A stretch of 64,000 bases of DNA from Chiloscyllium plagiosum. Its lineage: Eukaryota. Positions 25,601 through 38,329 of the stretch are shown one piece after another; within the stretch, counting starts at the first letter, position 1, and the number at the start of each line of letters is the position of its first letter. The stretch lies in assembly GCF_004010195.1 (NCBI RefSeq), contig NC_057752.1, forward strand, positions 12,898,381 through 12,962,380, read 5' to 3'. The notes under the pieces were generated by a model. It did not search any database, was not told where the DNA came from, and saw only the letters and a program-made list of their open reading frames with translations. Position numbers and translations under genes: made by a program.

Positions 25601-26371
25601 TCGAAGACATTTCCATGAAAAGGAATGCAAGCATTCCCTAGACAAAAAAAAGTCACACGTTTACAGCAGGAGGCACTGCACCACAACATGCAACAGGAAA
25701 CCTGGCTGATTTCCACGTTCCTTCTACTTAAGGCTGAGTCACTAGTCCCATTGCAATGCCTTACCAGTTCATGCAAGCGTAGACTTATATGTGTTGGGGG
25801 AGGGGATCTTTGCTGATCCGGTGTTGGATCTCCTTGTCAGTGGTGGTATTTTGAGTGAGGTGATAGCCAAGGTCTGGAAGAGGTCACCATATTCCAGAGC
25901 CGCTCCATCAACATATCTGGGAGCTGGAGTACTTTGCTGACTGGGTATTGGTTGATTGAAATGCAGAAGGTGGACATGGAAAGGATGTTTCCTTTTGTGG
26001 GAGAGTCCAGACTTACAGGGGCAGCTGTTTTAAAATTATGGGTGATCCTTCTAGGAGAGAGAACTTTTTTTCCCCCCTCTTAAACTTTGGAGATCTATGC
26101 GTCAGAAAGGCCTCAGGTCATTGGATCGATTCTTGTTAATTAGGGAATCAAAGATTATCAAGATTAGATGGAACGCAAACTGATCAGCCATAATATTATT
26201 TTAATTGGGGGTGCTGTCTCGATGGACTGAATGGTCTACTTCTGCTCCTATTTTGTGTGTTTGGGAAATATCTAAGTTTTGGTTTGGCAATATTCAAGGA
26301 CAGTGTGAGTTTTTTTGTCTGATTGAGTGTGGCATGCCAATCTGTTGCCGACTGGACAATGACACTGCAAT

Positions 26372-26815
26372 TATAGAATCCCTACAGTGTGGAAGCAGGC
26401 CATTTGGCCCATTGAGTCCACACTGACCCTTCAAAGAACAGCCCACTCCCACCCCTGTAACCCTGCATTTCCTATGGCTAACCCACCTAGCCTGCAATCC
26501 CTGGACACTATGGAACAATTTCCCATGGCCAATCCATCAAGCCTGCACGTCCCTGGACACTATGGGACAATTTAGTATGACCATTCCACCTAACCTGCAT
26601 ATCCCTGAACACAATGGGACAATTTCCCATGGCCAATTCACCTGACCTGCACATCTTTGGACTGTGGGAGGAAACTGGAGCACCCGGAGGAAACCCACGC
26701 AGACACGGGGAGAACATGCAAACTCCACACACACAGTTGCCCTATGGTGGAATCGAACCCAGGACACTTGTCCAGTGAGGCAGCAGTGCTAACCACTGAG
26801 CCACTGTGCTGCCAT
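26372..26815 (-). mobile_element. HE1-type V-SINE with internal tandem expansion
   Basis: Standard HE1 ends; about four copies of a ~50-bp unit at 26460-26650. Confidence 0.88.
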
Positions 26816-27194
26816 CTGCAAGCTATGTATCTATGAAGTGCTCAGCTTCGATGCAAAGATAGCTGAAGGCTAAAGGGAAGAGCTTGCTATTGTTCTAAAT
26901 GACAGTAACTTGTCCATCAGGCTGCATTGTACTTTGAGCCAAAACCTTTTAATGACGTGACACAACAACAGCACAGGAGGAAAAGAGAGGAAGCAAACTC
27001 TGCACTGCGGATCCCACTGCCTCATGAGGCATGTCCAAAGATTTGGAGGTGGAGAATTGGTTTCAGTCACTTGATGATCCACAGCAGAAACAGGTGACCC
27101 AGAGCAGAGATCATCCTTGAATCACGGGATAACCAAGTGTTGCCCACACTGACAACAACACAGGCATCATATCACTGTGTAGTCATAATATACA

Positions 27195-27820
27195 TGGAGT
27201 AGTTTACAGACCTGTGGTGGTTCCTGCCCTTCTACATGGCTCTGAGACATGGACTGTCTACAACAGGCACCTCAAGTTGCTGGAGCAGTCCCACCAACCC
27301 TGCCTGCGCAAGATCCTGCGAATACACCAGCACCAGTGTTCTTGACCAGGCCAACATCCCCAGCATTGAGGCACTGACCTGCTCTTGATCGGCACGTCGT
27401 CTGCCTGACCGACACGAGGGTCCCCAAGCAAGTGCTCTACTGCCAGCTCTGAAACAGCAGGCAAGTCCCAGGTGAATTGCTTCGGCGACCCCCTCAAGGC
27501 CTTACTGGAGAAGTGCAGCATTCCCTCCGACACCTGGGAATCACTGGCCCAAGACCATCCAGAGTGGAGGAGGAGCATCCGGGAAGGCGTCGAGCGCCTC
27601 AAGACTTGCCCTTGGAAAAAAGCGGAAGCCAGGTGAAAGGAGCGTGGTGCCACACCAATGCCCCACTCACCCCTTCCCGTGACCACCTTCTGCCCCAAGT
27701 GTAACAGAGCTTGTGGTAGCTGCATCAGTCAGCTATGCTTAAGTTCTGTATGACCTAAGTGAGTCACCCTGAAGTGGAAGAGAGTCATCCTCGTCTGTGA
27801 GGGATCATCAATGATGATGG
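27195..27820 (+). mobile_element. RTE-clade LINE 3' fragment
   Basis: VYRPVVVPALLHGSETWTVYNRHLKLLEQSHQPCLRKIL, then HVV..DTRVPKQVLY; atgatgatg tail. Confidence 0.85.
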
Positions 27821-28579
27821 TGAGTCATGACATACACTTGATGGACTGAAGGGTCTCTATTATATTAAATGATTCTTTGATTTCAGTGAAAATTGCACAT
27901 CACACTTTGCCTTCCTTTAACTTTGAGAACGGTATCACAGTGGTTGATCATAGGACTGTCATGCATGTTGATTAAGATTTGCAATTTATCCTTTGTAATT
28001 CATCCTTTGTTTTTTGTTTACCAGCTTTCTTCTTTCACCCATCTACCCAGCCAGGGAATGCTGGTCTTGATCGAGGTTTCAGGTTTTGAGTTCAGTGGAG
28101 AAATTGCACTGCGAAACTGCCTGAATGCATCCTGGTTGGGTTAGACCTCAAATTTCCACCAAGTTTCTTTTCCATGGTCATCGACGTAAGACTTAGTTGG
28201 TCTTGGTCCTAAAACTTAATAAGGCCAAGATGAGATTTATTGAAAGTGTTTAAAGTATGTTGGGATTTGAGGGAGTAAATAGTGAGAAACTGGTGGTAGA
28301 ACCAGAGGTTCCATGTGGGAAAACCTATTAGATGTGAATTGCATGCCTGATAGAATGCTGCGTACAAGCTCGATGGGCACCTTCTTTGATTGCTGTTCCA
28401 AAGAGCTGCCATAGTCTGGATGGGCTGAATGGTCTGTTTAAGTGCTGTACTATTCTACGTCTTTATGAACCTGTGCAATCAGGTCATGTAATAGAGCACA
28501 ATTGTTTTCTTTCCACGAAAGAGAATTTAAATTATTACTTGGTCATACAGAACTTGAGTATTGCTGAACATGGACCCAT

Positions 28580-29120
28580 TTTGTCCATGTTGTTTGCCTT
28601 GAGCTCATCTGAATGCTTTGCAAGAAATACCAGAGTTGGGGAGAATAACCTTCTATTGTATGAAAGGAAGGTGCTGATTGGTTGGTAAATGAACTCTGGT
28701 TGAGGTGTTGCTGAAGAGAATGCACCAGTTAATGATTACTGACAGTTAACCTCCAGGCTTTGTTTAAATTTTAAACCTTGAGAAATGAATCAAAGAATGG
28801 CTGTTACTTATTTTGTTGAGTTGAAAGGAGCACAGTGCGTGTACATGCTGTATATGTCACCTTCAACACACGGAGGTACACCATGGTGGAAGCCCCACTG
28901 ACAGTCGTAAAATGGGTCCCAACTTAATTCTTCACACACTTGGAATAATTTAGCAAATGTCCAATCATGGAATCATGCCTTATGTTGAATTTGGTGTTGT
29001 GGGTTCCGCAAGCCTGGTTTTGTATTCTGTCTACAGTCTATGAATTGCTTGTTGCGAACAACCAAATGTATATGCTGCTTGTTATGGTCTGATAATCTTT
29101 GGGATGTATGGCCTACAAAC
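28580..29120 (-). mobile_element. Old PLE relic of another family (GIY-YIG remnant plus pLTR)
   Basis: Minus strand near 29050-29120 reads FVGHTSQRLSDHNKQH (YVG.T..RL..R..QH-like); terminus resembles 56535-56800. Confidence 0.6.
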
Positions 29121-29274
29121 TGAAAACCTTTGACAAAATATGCCCTTTTTCAGCAATGGTAAAGACAATGAAAACTAGGTGCTGACATATTGATACAGCT
29201 GAAAATGGATGTATCACCAAAAGTTAGAATTTTGAATAATGAGTACTTTTATTCTTTAATGGTGTTGTGGGCAT

Positions 29275-29592
29275 GTTCCCCATTCTTGATTGTTCCCAAA
29301 CTGAGTGGCTGGTAGGCCATTTCCAAGGGCAGTTAAGAGTCAACTACATTGGCTGTGGGTCTGCAGTCACGTGTAGTCCAGACCAGGTAAGGAAGGCCGT
29401 TTCCTTCCCTTAAAGAAATTTGTGAACCAGGTGGGTTTTTCCAACAATTGATGATAGTTACCATGGCCACTCCATCACTGAGACTAGCTTTCTATGTCAG
29501 ATTTTATTTATTACATTACAGATTTGAACCATGCCCCAGAGAGTTAGCCTGGATTGCTCGTCCAATGCCATTACCACAATACCCTGATCTCC
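29275..29592 (-). mobile_element. SINE family B
   Basis: gggcagttaagagtcaac..ccagaccaggtaagga..gtgaaccaggtgggttttt. Confidence 0.8.
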
Positions 29593-29699
29593 ACCCTCCC
29601 CCCGGAACGCACACGCACACACACAATACCCTGATCGCACACGCGCGCGCACACACACACACTTCACTGAAAATGACTCAAAGCTCAAACCAGACTGAT

Positions 29700-30058
29700 G
29701 GGGTGGCATGGTGGTTCAGTGGTTAGCACTGCTGCCTCACAGCACCAGGGACCTGGGTTCATTTCTACTCTCAGGTGACTCTGCAAACTCCACACAGACA
29801 ATCTCCCTGTGTCTACATGGGTTTCCTCTGGGTGCTCTGGTTTCCTCCCACAGTCCAAAGATGTGCAGGTTAGGGTGGATTGGCCATGCTAAATTGCTCA
29901 TAGTGTTCAGGGATATGCAGGCTAGGTGAATTGGCCATGGAAAATGCAGGGTTACAGGGATAGGGTGGGGTTATAGATATAGGTGGGATGCCCTTTGGAG
30001 GGGTGATGTGGACTCAATGGGCCAAATGGCCTGCTCCCACAGTGTAGGGATTCTATGA
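29700..30058 (+). mobile_element. HE1-type V-SINE
   Basis: gtggttcagtggttagcactgctgcctcacagc head; gtgtagggattctatga tail. Confidence 0.88.
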
Positions 30059-30274
30059 AGCACATCCACATTGAGTTGACATACATGAGGTCTGATCATT
30101 GTTGGATGTTAAAGAAGAAAAACTACTATATGGAGAGCCTCCCCAATCCGTGCAGTCGGTAGAATTTCCTCGGGACCTAATCTGGGCAAAATTGAACCTT
30201 GAACCTGAGCAAGAGATTGTGAAAAATAGGAAGAGTCATTTTCAGTGAAGTGTGTGGGGGGGGGGAGCTAGGGG

Positions 30275-30461
30275 GGAGATCAGGGTATTGTGGTAATGGC
30301 ATTGGACGAGTAATCCAGGTTAACTCTCTGGGATATGGTTCAAATCTGTAATGTAATTAATAATTACAATGGCCATGGTAATTATCATCGATTGTTGGAA
30401 AAACCCATCTGGTTCACTAATTTCCTTTAGGGAAGGAAACGGCCTTCCTTACCTGGTCTGG
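30275..30461 (+). mobile_element. SINE family B fragment, inverted near-copy of 29378-29592
   Basis: Reverse-complement match including shared idiosyncratic segments. Confidence 0.8.
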
Positions 30462-31478
30462 GCATGAATTTACAGTTAAACTCCTCTGTTATTTGGTTAT
30501 TTGTACAGCCAGCTTTGCCTGTCAATATAACTGATGAAAGCTTGAACTCAGTATGGTTCCGTTTGCCAAGTTCAGGTACAGCTACCCTGCACAACCTTGC
30601 AATGGGTCGACTCACCTTCTTGCACTGAGGAAATTCTCTTTTGAGTACTTTGTCTATGGGTTTAGCGGCCAATCAATACACTTTCTAATTCAACTTGAGA
30701 GCCAAAACTAAAGCCAGCCACCTCCATAACTATTTGTTTGCAGGCTGAGGGGAAAAAAGAAGAGAGGAGTATGCCTTTAAATGTCCCTCAAGTTTGATTT
30801 TTAAGACTCTGGCGGTGTCAGTGAAATATTACAGCCTGGGTTCCAGAAAGGCATACAGGCAAAACAAGAGGTATGTGACAGTTCTAGGAGCTTTTAGCCC
30901 TGGCTGTTTAAAACAAAATATAAGCAGGGGATCATGAAAATCCTGCTGGATAACCCCCTCAGTGGGTTAAGTTGAATCTGTTTAACACACTTTCCATTTT
31001 TAGACTATTTCGTACAGATACTGGTTTTCATCAAGCTCTCTCTCACTTTCATATACACCACAAAGGCAGGTCTACTGGAATTGTGCCTCAGTCCATTGCA
31101 GTGAAGAGTTTTCTCTGAGGTGAATATCAGTTCAGGCTTGTGAAATGGCTGAAGATTACTCTGGACATTTACCCAGCTGTACAGATAGCTCGTGTGCTGT
31201 CAACCCTTCCCAAGGCCTCAGAATCTGCAGTCAGTGCTGCAGAGAGCCGGGGAGGGGGTGGTCCTTGATTGCTGGAAGAGCCACAGATTGAGAGAGCGAG
31301 TGAGAGAGAGAGTGAAGGCAGTCTCCTCCCAGTCAAGCGAACCGTTACTTCATGTGCTGTGCCTGCTCTGCAGTGAGCAGTTTTCAGACTTACAGCAGAA
31401 CCCGCCAGTCTCTCCCGCTTATATGGCCAGGGTGCTTCGATCTCCACGGCAGGCTGGCATGCGTGCCAACCAGGCAGC

Positions 31479-31569
31479 ATGAAGGGCGGGCAGCAGCGGC
31501 CGGGCTGTGCGTGCCAGCATTTGTTCTGCAAGGTCCTGGCAAAGTGCAGATGTTGTTACAGAGTACGAG
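31479..31569 (+). CDS. Candidate first coding exon of an unidentified host gene (MKGGQQRPGCACQHLFCKVLAKCRCCYRVR, phase-1 end)
   Basis: Repeat-free ~1 kb context with local GC/CpG enrichment; agcATG with A at -3; upstream in-frame stop at 31374; GAG|GTTAGT donor followed by (TG)n. No homology recognised. Confidence 0.4.
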
Positions 31570-31597
31570 GTTAGTGACTTTAGCCCTGTTGGCATCT

Positions 31598-31771
31598 TGT
31601 GTGTGGGACTCTCTGCGCGTGTGTGTGAGTGTGTGTGTCAGTGAAAGTGTGTATCCGTTTGTGTGTGTGTCAGTGAGTTTGTTTCAGTGAGTGTGTGTGA
31701 GACAGAGAGAGTATGAATGTGCGCGAGTGAGTGTGTGCTTGTGTCAGTAAAAGTGAGAGTGTGTGTGTGTT
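31598..31771 (+). repeat. Degenerate (TG)n microsatellite
   Basis: Interrupted gtgtgt runs. Confidence 0.9.
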
Positions 31772-33254
31772 GGACTGCAATGATTGTGACTTCTCTCTGG
31801 CTTTCAAATGCAGACTCACCTCACACCTGTTTTGTCCATTTTCAACAAGCCTATGGTACTGTGTCTGATAGCAACTTTGTCAGAGAATTGCCTGGCACAA
31901 TCCTATCACCATCTGTGAGAAACTGTAGGAATTCTTATGAGGTCACTTCGGCATCTTCAAAATAATCAGGTCAGATTTGAGAGTGATCATGGACAGGATG
32001 GGGCTGTGCACAGTTGTAAATGGATGAAATCAAATATTTTTATTTGGTTGGCTCCAGGTGTAAATGAGATGTTCTCTGCTTTCCAGAATGCACTTTTTTC
32101 ACTTTGACTTGCTGATATTCAGGTTGGATATAAAACTTATTGTGTTGTGTGTTTGTTGTGTGTTTTGAAAGCATTCACAGCTCAATGGGCAAAGTATAAG
32201 GAGAATAATTGGATATCTGGCATCAGTTTGATGGGATGAATGGCCTCCTCCTGGGCTGTACAATGCTGTGAAGGCTGGCCAGGAAACCCAGGAAGGTGCC
32301 AGCTTCAATGCCCGCTCAGTGCCTGGGTCAGCTGGTCACAAGCAGAGGACTGAGAGTTGGCGGGTTGATGGTGGGATGTGTGCATTGGAATTAGGAAAGT
32401 GCCAAGGGGTACACAGTGGTGGGGAGAGAAAGGGCACAGGAGGAAGCAGTGTGAATCACCTAGGGCTCTGGCAGAACCCCTGTGACCTTTCAAAAGAACC
32501 ATTTGATTTACTTCCCTTCCCCTACTTGTTTCCCGTTGGCCTGCTCATCTTTCAAAAGCACAAGAGAGAAAAAAAGCAAAGTCCTTCATAATCTGAACCA
32601 TAAGGATATCCTGCAATGGTCTCCTTTTCCTTTACATGCCTAGGCTGTGGAATAATGCCGAGCACTCCAGAGATTACAAAAAAATCTTGGATGGACGGGT
32701 GTCTGGAATGAAGGAAAATCAAGATAAAGTAGTTAGGCCAGGACGGGGTTAACAACAAAAACTGCCAAGGCTTCAAGTGTCAAAGTCAACGAAGCTTTAT
32801 GTGATTAAAGTCAGTCTCCTCCACAAATCAGAGCACACAAAAAGATTGCCCATTGACCCGAAAGTATTCCACTTATTCTCTATGATATGAAGCAACAGCT
32901 CTGAAATGTTCAGTCCCTTCACACAAATATCCTGACAGAGTGAAATTCTGTCTCAGTATCTCTTTTTATCACTGGCCGTTTCAGCTCACGACGCCCAAAT
33001 TAAACTCTCTACCCAGTGCAAGGTTATGTGACTCATGCCTGGATCTTTAACCCAATGCCCTGTATCCCCCAACCTGTCACCCGCCAGCTCAACGAGAAAT
33101 TGGATTGCTTATTAATTTAAAGTGATGCGAGCCAGCTTCTGTGTTAGGGGAGGGGCTATAGAGGTCAGATAGGCATTAGCATTTGTCTTCCCTTGGGCTT
33201 AATGCGATTGTTTAGTTGAAGGAGGGCCTGAGGTTGGCCTGTCTGCCTCAGTGA

Positions 33255-33385
33255 CGTGCCTCCACTAGTGAGTATCGTGCCTCCTCCGCTGGTGAGCATT
33301 GTGCATCCTCCACTAGTGAGCATCGTGCTTCCTCCGCTGGTGAGCATCGTGCATCCTCTGCTAGAGAGCATCGTGCCTCCTCTGT
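33255..33385 (+). repeat. 24-bp minisatellite, about 5 copies
   Basis: Unit gtgagcatcgtgc(a/c/t)tcctcc(a/g)ct(a/g). Confidence 0.9.
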
Positions 33386-33869
33386 CTTTGAGCAGCATGA
33401 TTGCAATGGACATCTGAAAGGTACAGGGTTGGGCTCTCAGTAAAGTGAAAAGCCTTGCCCCTTTAATGGGCAACAAGGTAGTGGTGGGTGAGGAATTTGG
33501 CCTGTGGTGTCTTTCACCCCTCGCTCCATCAAGTCCAGGTCCTGATATTGCTGCTGTGTGAAGACACGTAAACAGGATTGCAATCCATCATGGATGGCAG
33601 TGCCAAACAAGCAATGACCATTCCCACGTTTGGCATTCTGTGTGATTTCCTATTGACATTTAAGTTGACCGAGTGCAAGATGATTCATTTGTGCCTGTCC
33701 TGACCCACTTCCCAGATGAACTTTACCCCTTGTGTCCCGTCAGCCAAGCTGAAACAAGATTGCCTGCCTCCACGTTCCTGAGCTCATCCAACCTCGGTAC
33801 CTACACCTTAGACCCTATTCAACCTTCAGCATAGTGCTCATTAGCATCCTCTCCTCGATTTTTTTTTGA

Positions 33870-34800
33870 CTTCACATTGTTGTTTTTCAATCCTTCCATG
33901 GCCTTGCTCCTCTCAATCTCAGTCATCCCCTCCAGCCCTACAACCTTCCAAGATCTCTGCAGTTCTTGAATTGGCCTTGGTGAGACCACACCTGGAGTAT
34001 TGTGTGCAGTTTGGGTCTCCTTATCTGAGGAAGGATGTTCTGGTGATGGAGGGAGTACAGCAAAGGTTTCCCAGACTGATTCCTGGCATGGCAGGACTGT
34101 CGTATGAAGAGAGACTGGATCGGTTAGGACTATACTCCCTGGACTTTAGAGGAATGAGGGTGGAATCTCATTGAAACTTATAAAATTCTAACCAGATTAG
34201 ACAAGGTCAATGCAGGGAGGATGTTCCCATTAGTGGAGGAGTTCAGAAGCCGAGGTCATGGTTTAAGGATATGGGGTAAATGTTTTAGGACTGAGATGAG
34301 GAGAAATGTCTTCACCCAGAGTGTGGGGACCCTGTAGAATTTACACAGAAACTGGCTACGGCCAAAATATTGTGTGTGTGTGTGTGTTCAAGAAGGAGTT
34401 AGTTACAGTTCTTGTGGCTAAAGGGATCAAAGGGTATGGGGGGAGGGCGGGACTAGGGTACTGAGCTCGATGATCGGACATGATCACACTGAATGAGGGG
34501 CTGCATGGCCTACTCCTGCACATGTTTTCCATGTTTCTGTGGCTTCTTTCGCATCCTTGATTTGAATCGTTTCACCATCGCTGGCCGAGACTTCAGTTGC
34601 CTAGACCCCAAACTCTGGAATTCCCTCTGTAAACCTGGGCACCTCTCCCTCCTTTTCGTCACTGCCTGAAACCCAGCTTTTTGTCCAAGGCTTGCCACAT
34701 TGTCCCCTTCAGTGGCCAATTCTGATCTGGTATTGTGAGGGACCTTGGGACATTTTACCACATTAAGGTCACTACATAAATGCAAAGTTGTTGTTGATTG
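33870..34800 (+). mobile_element. L2-type 3' end interrupted by a CR1 3' fragment (33968-34530)
   Basis: L2-like cccctccagccctacaac before, and ccccaaactctggaattccctc..taaatgcaaagttgttgttg after; CR1 LVRPHLEYCVQF inside. Confidence 0.75.
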
Positions 34801-35409
34801 ATGTTTGCACTGCTGATTGATGTTTGCATGTGATGCCAGCTGTGAGATTTAGATTTTATTGTCATGTGTCCTTGAGTACAGGAATACAGTGAAAAGTGTA
34901 CAAAGTTGCCATTCTCTGGCGCCACCTTAGAATACAAAAGACAGGATTACACACAGTAGCAGAAATATAAAAATCAGACAAAAGATAAGGAAATATCCAG
35001 TTCACTCCCCAACCTCCGCCATGAGTCCTCGCCTGTTAAGTGCCACCTCAGCTGAGCATCTGACATTTCACCTCCTTGATCAGAATTTCAATGCTACAGA
35101 TATGCTCTTCCCACAGATTTAGTGAAATTGTCCAACTAACTAAAAGTTCTAAGTACGAGATCTTTTTTTGCGTTCAGCTTTGAGCTGGAATTCAGGCCTC
35201 AGCGTCACAAAATGACAGCCTGTCCTGTCGCAGAATTCAGTCATATACTTCCAGTTGACTGCCTGCACACCTCTTTGCCCCAACCCCCTCTACTGGATCA
35301 TGACGAGCCAGGATCTATAAGGAGGGCATTAAATAAACCTAAGTTGGTGGCTTGCATCCAAAGGAAGCATACTGGCTTCTTCACCCAAGGTCACAGTGCT
35401 CAGGACAGC

Positions 35410-35800
35410 ACTGAAGGAAAGAACCTAAAGCTTGCATTTCCATAGTGCCTTTCATGAACGCAATTTGTGTTAAAGTGCCCTACAGCCAATTAGATCCATA
35501 GTCCCTACCAACGTAAGACAGGCAGCAGGCAATTTTGTGCATAGCAAGCTCCCACAACCAGCAATGTGATCATGAGTAAATCATCCGGTTGTTTTTGTGT
35601 ATCATTGTTGAGGAATAAATATTCCAACAATTCTTAGAAAAACCCATTTGGTTCACTCTCCTTTAGGGAAGGAAACTGCTATCCTTACCTAGTCTGGCTA
35701 ACATGTGACTCCAACTCACAGCCAGTGTAATTGACTCTTGTTTGCCCTCTGGACAACAGATGCTGGCCTAGCCAGCGACTCCTGTGAATGAATAAAAAAC
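35410..35800. mobile_element. Deu-domain SINE 3' half (-) followed by SINE family B 3' half (+)
   Basis: cttgcatttccatagtgcctttca..gcaagctcccacaaccagcaatgtgat; then aaacccatttggttcact..gctggcctagccagcgac. Confidence 0.65.
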
Positions 35801-35858
35801 CCTTCACCCCTGCACCAAAGAACATTTTGAGAGAAGAACATTTTGAGAGAACTCTATG

Positions 35859-36887
35859 GGGGCAGTTTTCCCCTCAGTGGAGCTGGTGAGCGAGCTGGTT
35901 AGTAGGGGAATTTGGTGAGTGGGCCCTGGAGATAGTGAGGAGATGCTTGGGTGACTTGCTTCACTGACTAGCTATTCAAGCCATTTCATCATCAGTTAGT
36001 GGCAACTTAGGGGCTTCAGCTAGCCACCTTCCTGATTACCTGCCTCTCCAGAGGGCAAGAAAGAAGGTGGCTAGAATCTCTACTGGGAAACCATGGTGAC
36101 CTGCCTGCCAGCTTGGGTTGCGGTGGGCGGAGGCTTTCAATTGCCCAAATCTGGGTTGCAATCAGAGGCATACAGAGTGGGCAAAGGTGGTTGGCTTCTG
36201 AAAGCCACCCGTATTCTGCCTTTGCCTCTGCTTCTTGCAACTTCCACTTTGTGAAAATAATATAAAAAATAATTAACTTCTCTTAGCTGGATCCCCCGAG
36301 GAGTGGGCCTCACCCAGCAGACTTCAAGATCCAGACGCTCTATCAAGGTCTCCAGTATGGAGGCCCGGGATGGGCCAAGATACTGATCCTCGTTTGGCTG
36401 CCAGCTCTTAGTGAGCCAACTGAAGGGCAATCGGGGCAATTTTCTTGATGGCAGTGGGGTGGCACCTAACAGGTTAAGTTCATAAGAGGTAGGAGCAGAA
36501 GGAGGCCATTCAGTCCATCGAGTGTACTCCGCCATTCAATGAGGTCATAACTGATCTGATCATCCTCACGTCCACTTTCCTCCCTTTTCCCCATCACCCC
36601 TCGATTTCCTTCCTGATTAAAAATCTCTCTGTCTCAGCCTTGAATATACTTACTGACCCAGCCCCTACAGCCCTCTGTGGGAAAGAATTCCACAGATTTA
36701 CTCCCCTCTGAGAGAAGAAATTCCTCCTCATCTCTGTCTGCAATGGACAACCCCTTTTTCTGAGATTGTACCCTCTGGTCCTAGACTCCCAAAAGGGGAA
36801 ACAATCTCTCCACACCTCCCCCAGGGAATCTTGGATGTTTCAATAAGGACACCTCCACACAGAAGCATTATGGGAAAATTCATGCCC
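35859..36887. mobile_element. Possible decayed non-autonomous DNA transposon, interrupted by CR1 at 36478-36855 (-)
   Basis: Imperfect terminal inverted repeats ggggcagttttccc / gggaaaattcatgccc; the nested CR1 part is clear (ORF 36594-36815). Confidence 0.35.
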
Positions 36888-38329
36888 TGATAATCTTTCA
36901 CTTTGCATTCATACAACAACCTTCATGATCTCCAAATACTCCAACCATTTTTCAGTCAATATTTAATTTGAGGTGTAGTCACTGCTGTAATGTCAGGTTG
37001 TTTTCCATTCCAGCACTGCCCCTTTAAGTTTTCCAATGCATTGCTGGCACAGTTGTAGGTAACTCCAACCAATGATGCTCACCCCTCTTTGCTCAGATCA
37101 CATATGATATTGGGCAAAGTCATGTACCCAGATTTTGGACATGCAGAGCCATGGGTTAAGACTCCTTGGCAGCCTCAGAATATCAGGGCCAGTAAGGTTG
37201 GCAGTGACACCAGGCAATAGATCATGCCACTTATCCTGAGGCGCCAGTCCCAGCAGAGATGTGCGAGGATGTGCCACATGGAGTCTGCCACAGTTTGGAG
37301 GGGGAGAGAGTTGGATTGGGTTTGCCCAATTTTGCCAAGTCCATTACTTGATGGAGTACCTGCCATCATTAAGTAATGGACAAAAATGGTGGCACAAAAT
37401 AGGCGCAAAGCCTATTGCTTCAACTCTGCATGGCAGCCAGGGGCGGGAGGGGCATCAAAGAAACTGAGAGGGCCATTGAATTCAGTAGGTTATTCAATTG
37501 GTCACTCTCCACAACCATAGGGCAGAGTTGGGTGCGTGGCATGTGATGAGTGAAGAGACCAGAAGGCTCTTGCAGAATTGGCCTTTATTGAGTTGGCACA
37601 ATATGAGAGCCCGAGAAAGATGAACAAAAGTATTGAGGGAGTCCCGCACTGTTAAGAGATGGTTGCGGGTGCGATATTAAATTGAGGCCTTGTGTTCCCT
37701 CCCAGTTTTATATAAAATATCCCGTGGCACTATTTGAAAGCCAACTCTTCGTCTTTTGCATTATTATTTGCATGTGAGGAAGAAAGGAAGCAAAGATTTT
37801 GCCAAGAAAGTGAGGTGAAGAGGAGTGAAAAGAGCCTGCTGTGGATCATAGACACCAGTATGCGCATTCAGGCTGAATAGACTGTTTCTGTGCAATGTGA
37901 TTCCATGTGGCACAAGAAGAAAACAACACAACAGGACTCTTGCCCCAGATTTACCTTCTGGAAATTTTCCAGGCTAGCTGCTGAGCACGTGAGCCAACCA
38001 GTCTAAACATCACACTGGGATGAACTCCGGAATCTGCTGACCAGGGTGCCCACAGCTTTCACCTGCATTTTGTTGAGAACTTGGACTCGACAGATGGAAG
38101 GCAGCTGCGTGCAAATGGAGGACGTCAGGGTCTTTCTGCACACTTGCATAAAACAGCGATCCTGTCCTTTGTGACTAAATTACACATTAATAAGCCTGCA
38201 CTTACGTAAAGTTGGCGAAACTTAAAGTGTCACTGATAAGCTATCATGTCTACCTTTTGTGAATAAGCAACAGGGTCGAACAGAATAGGCGATTGCAAAG
38301 TTCTATTGCCCGGTTCAAAGCAGAGCTCC

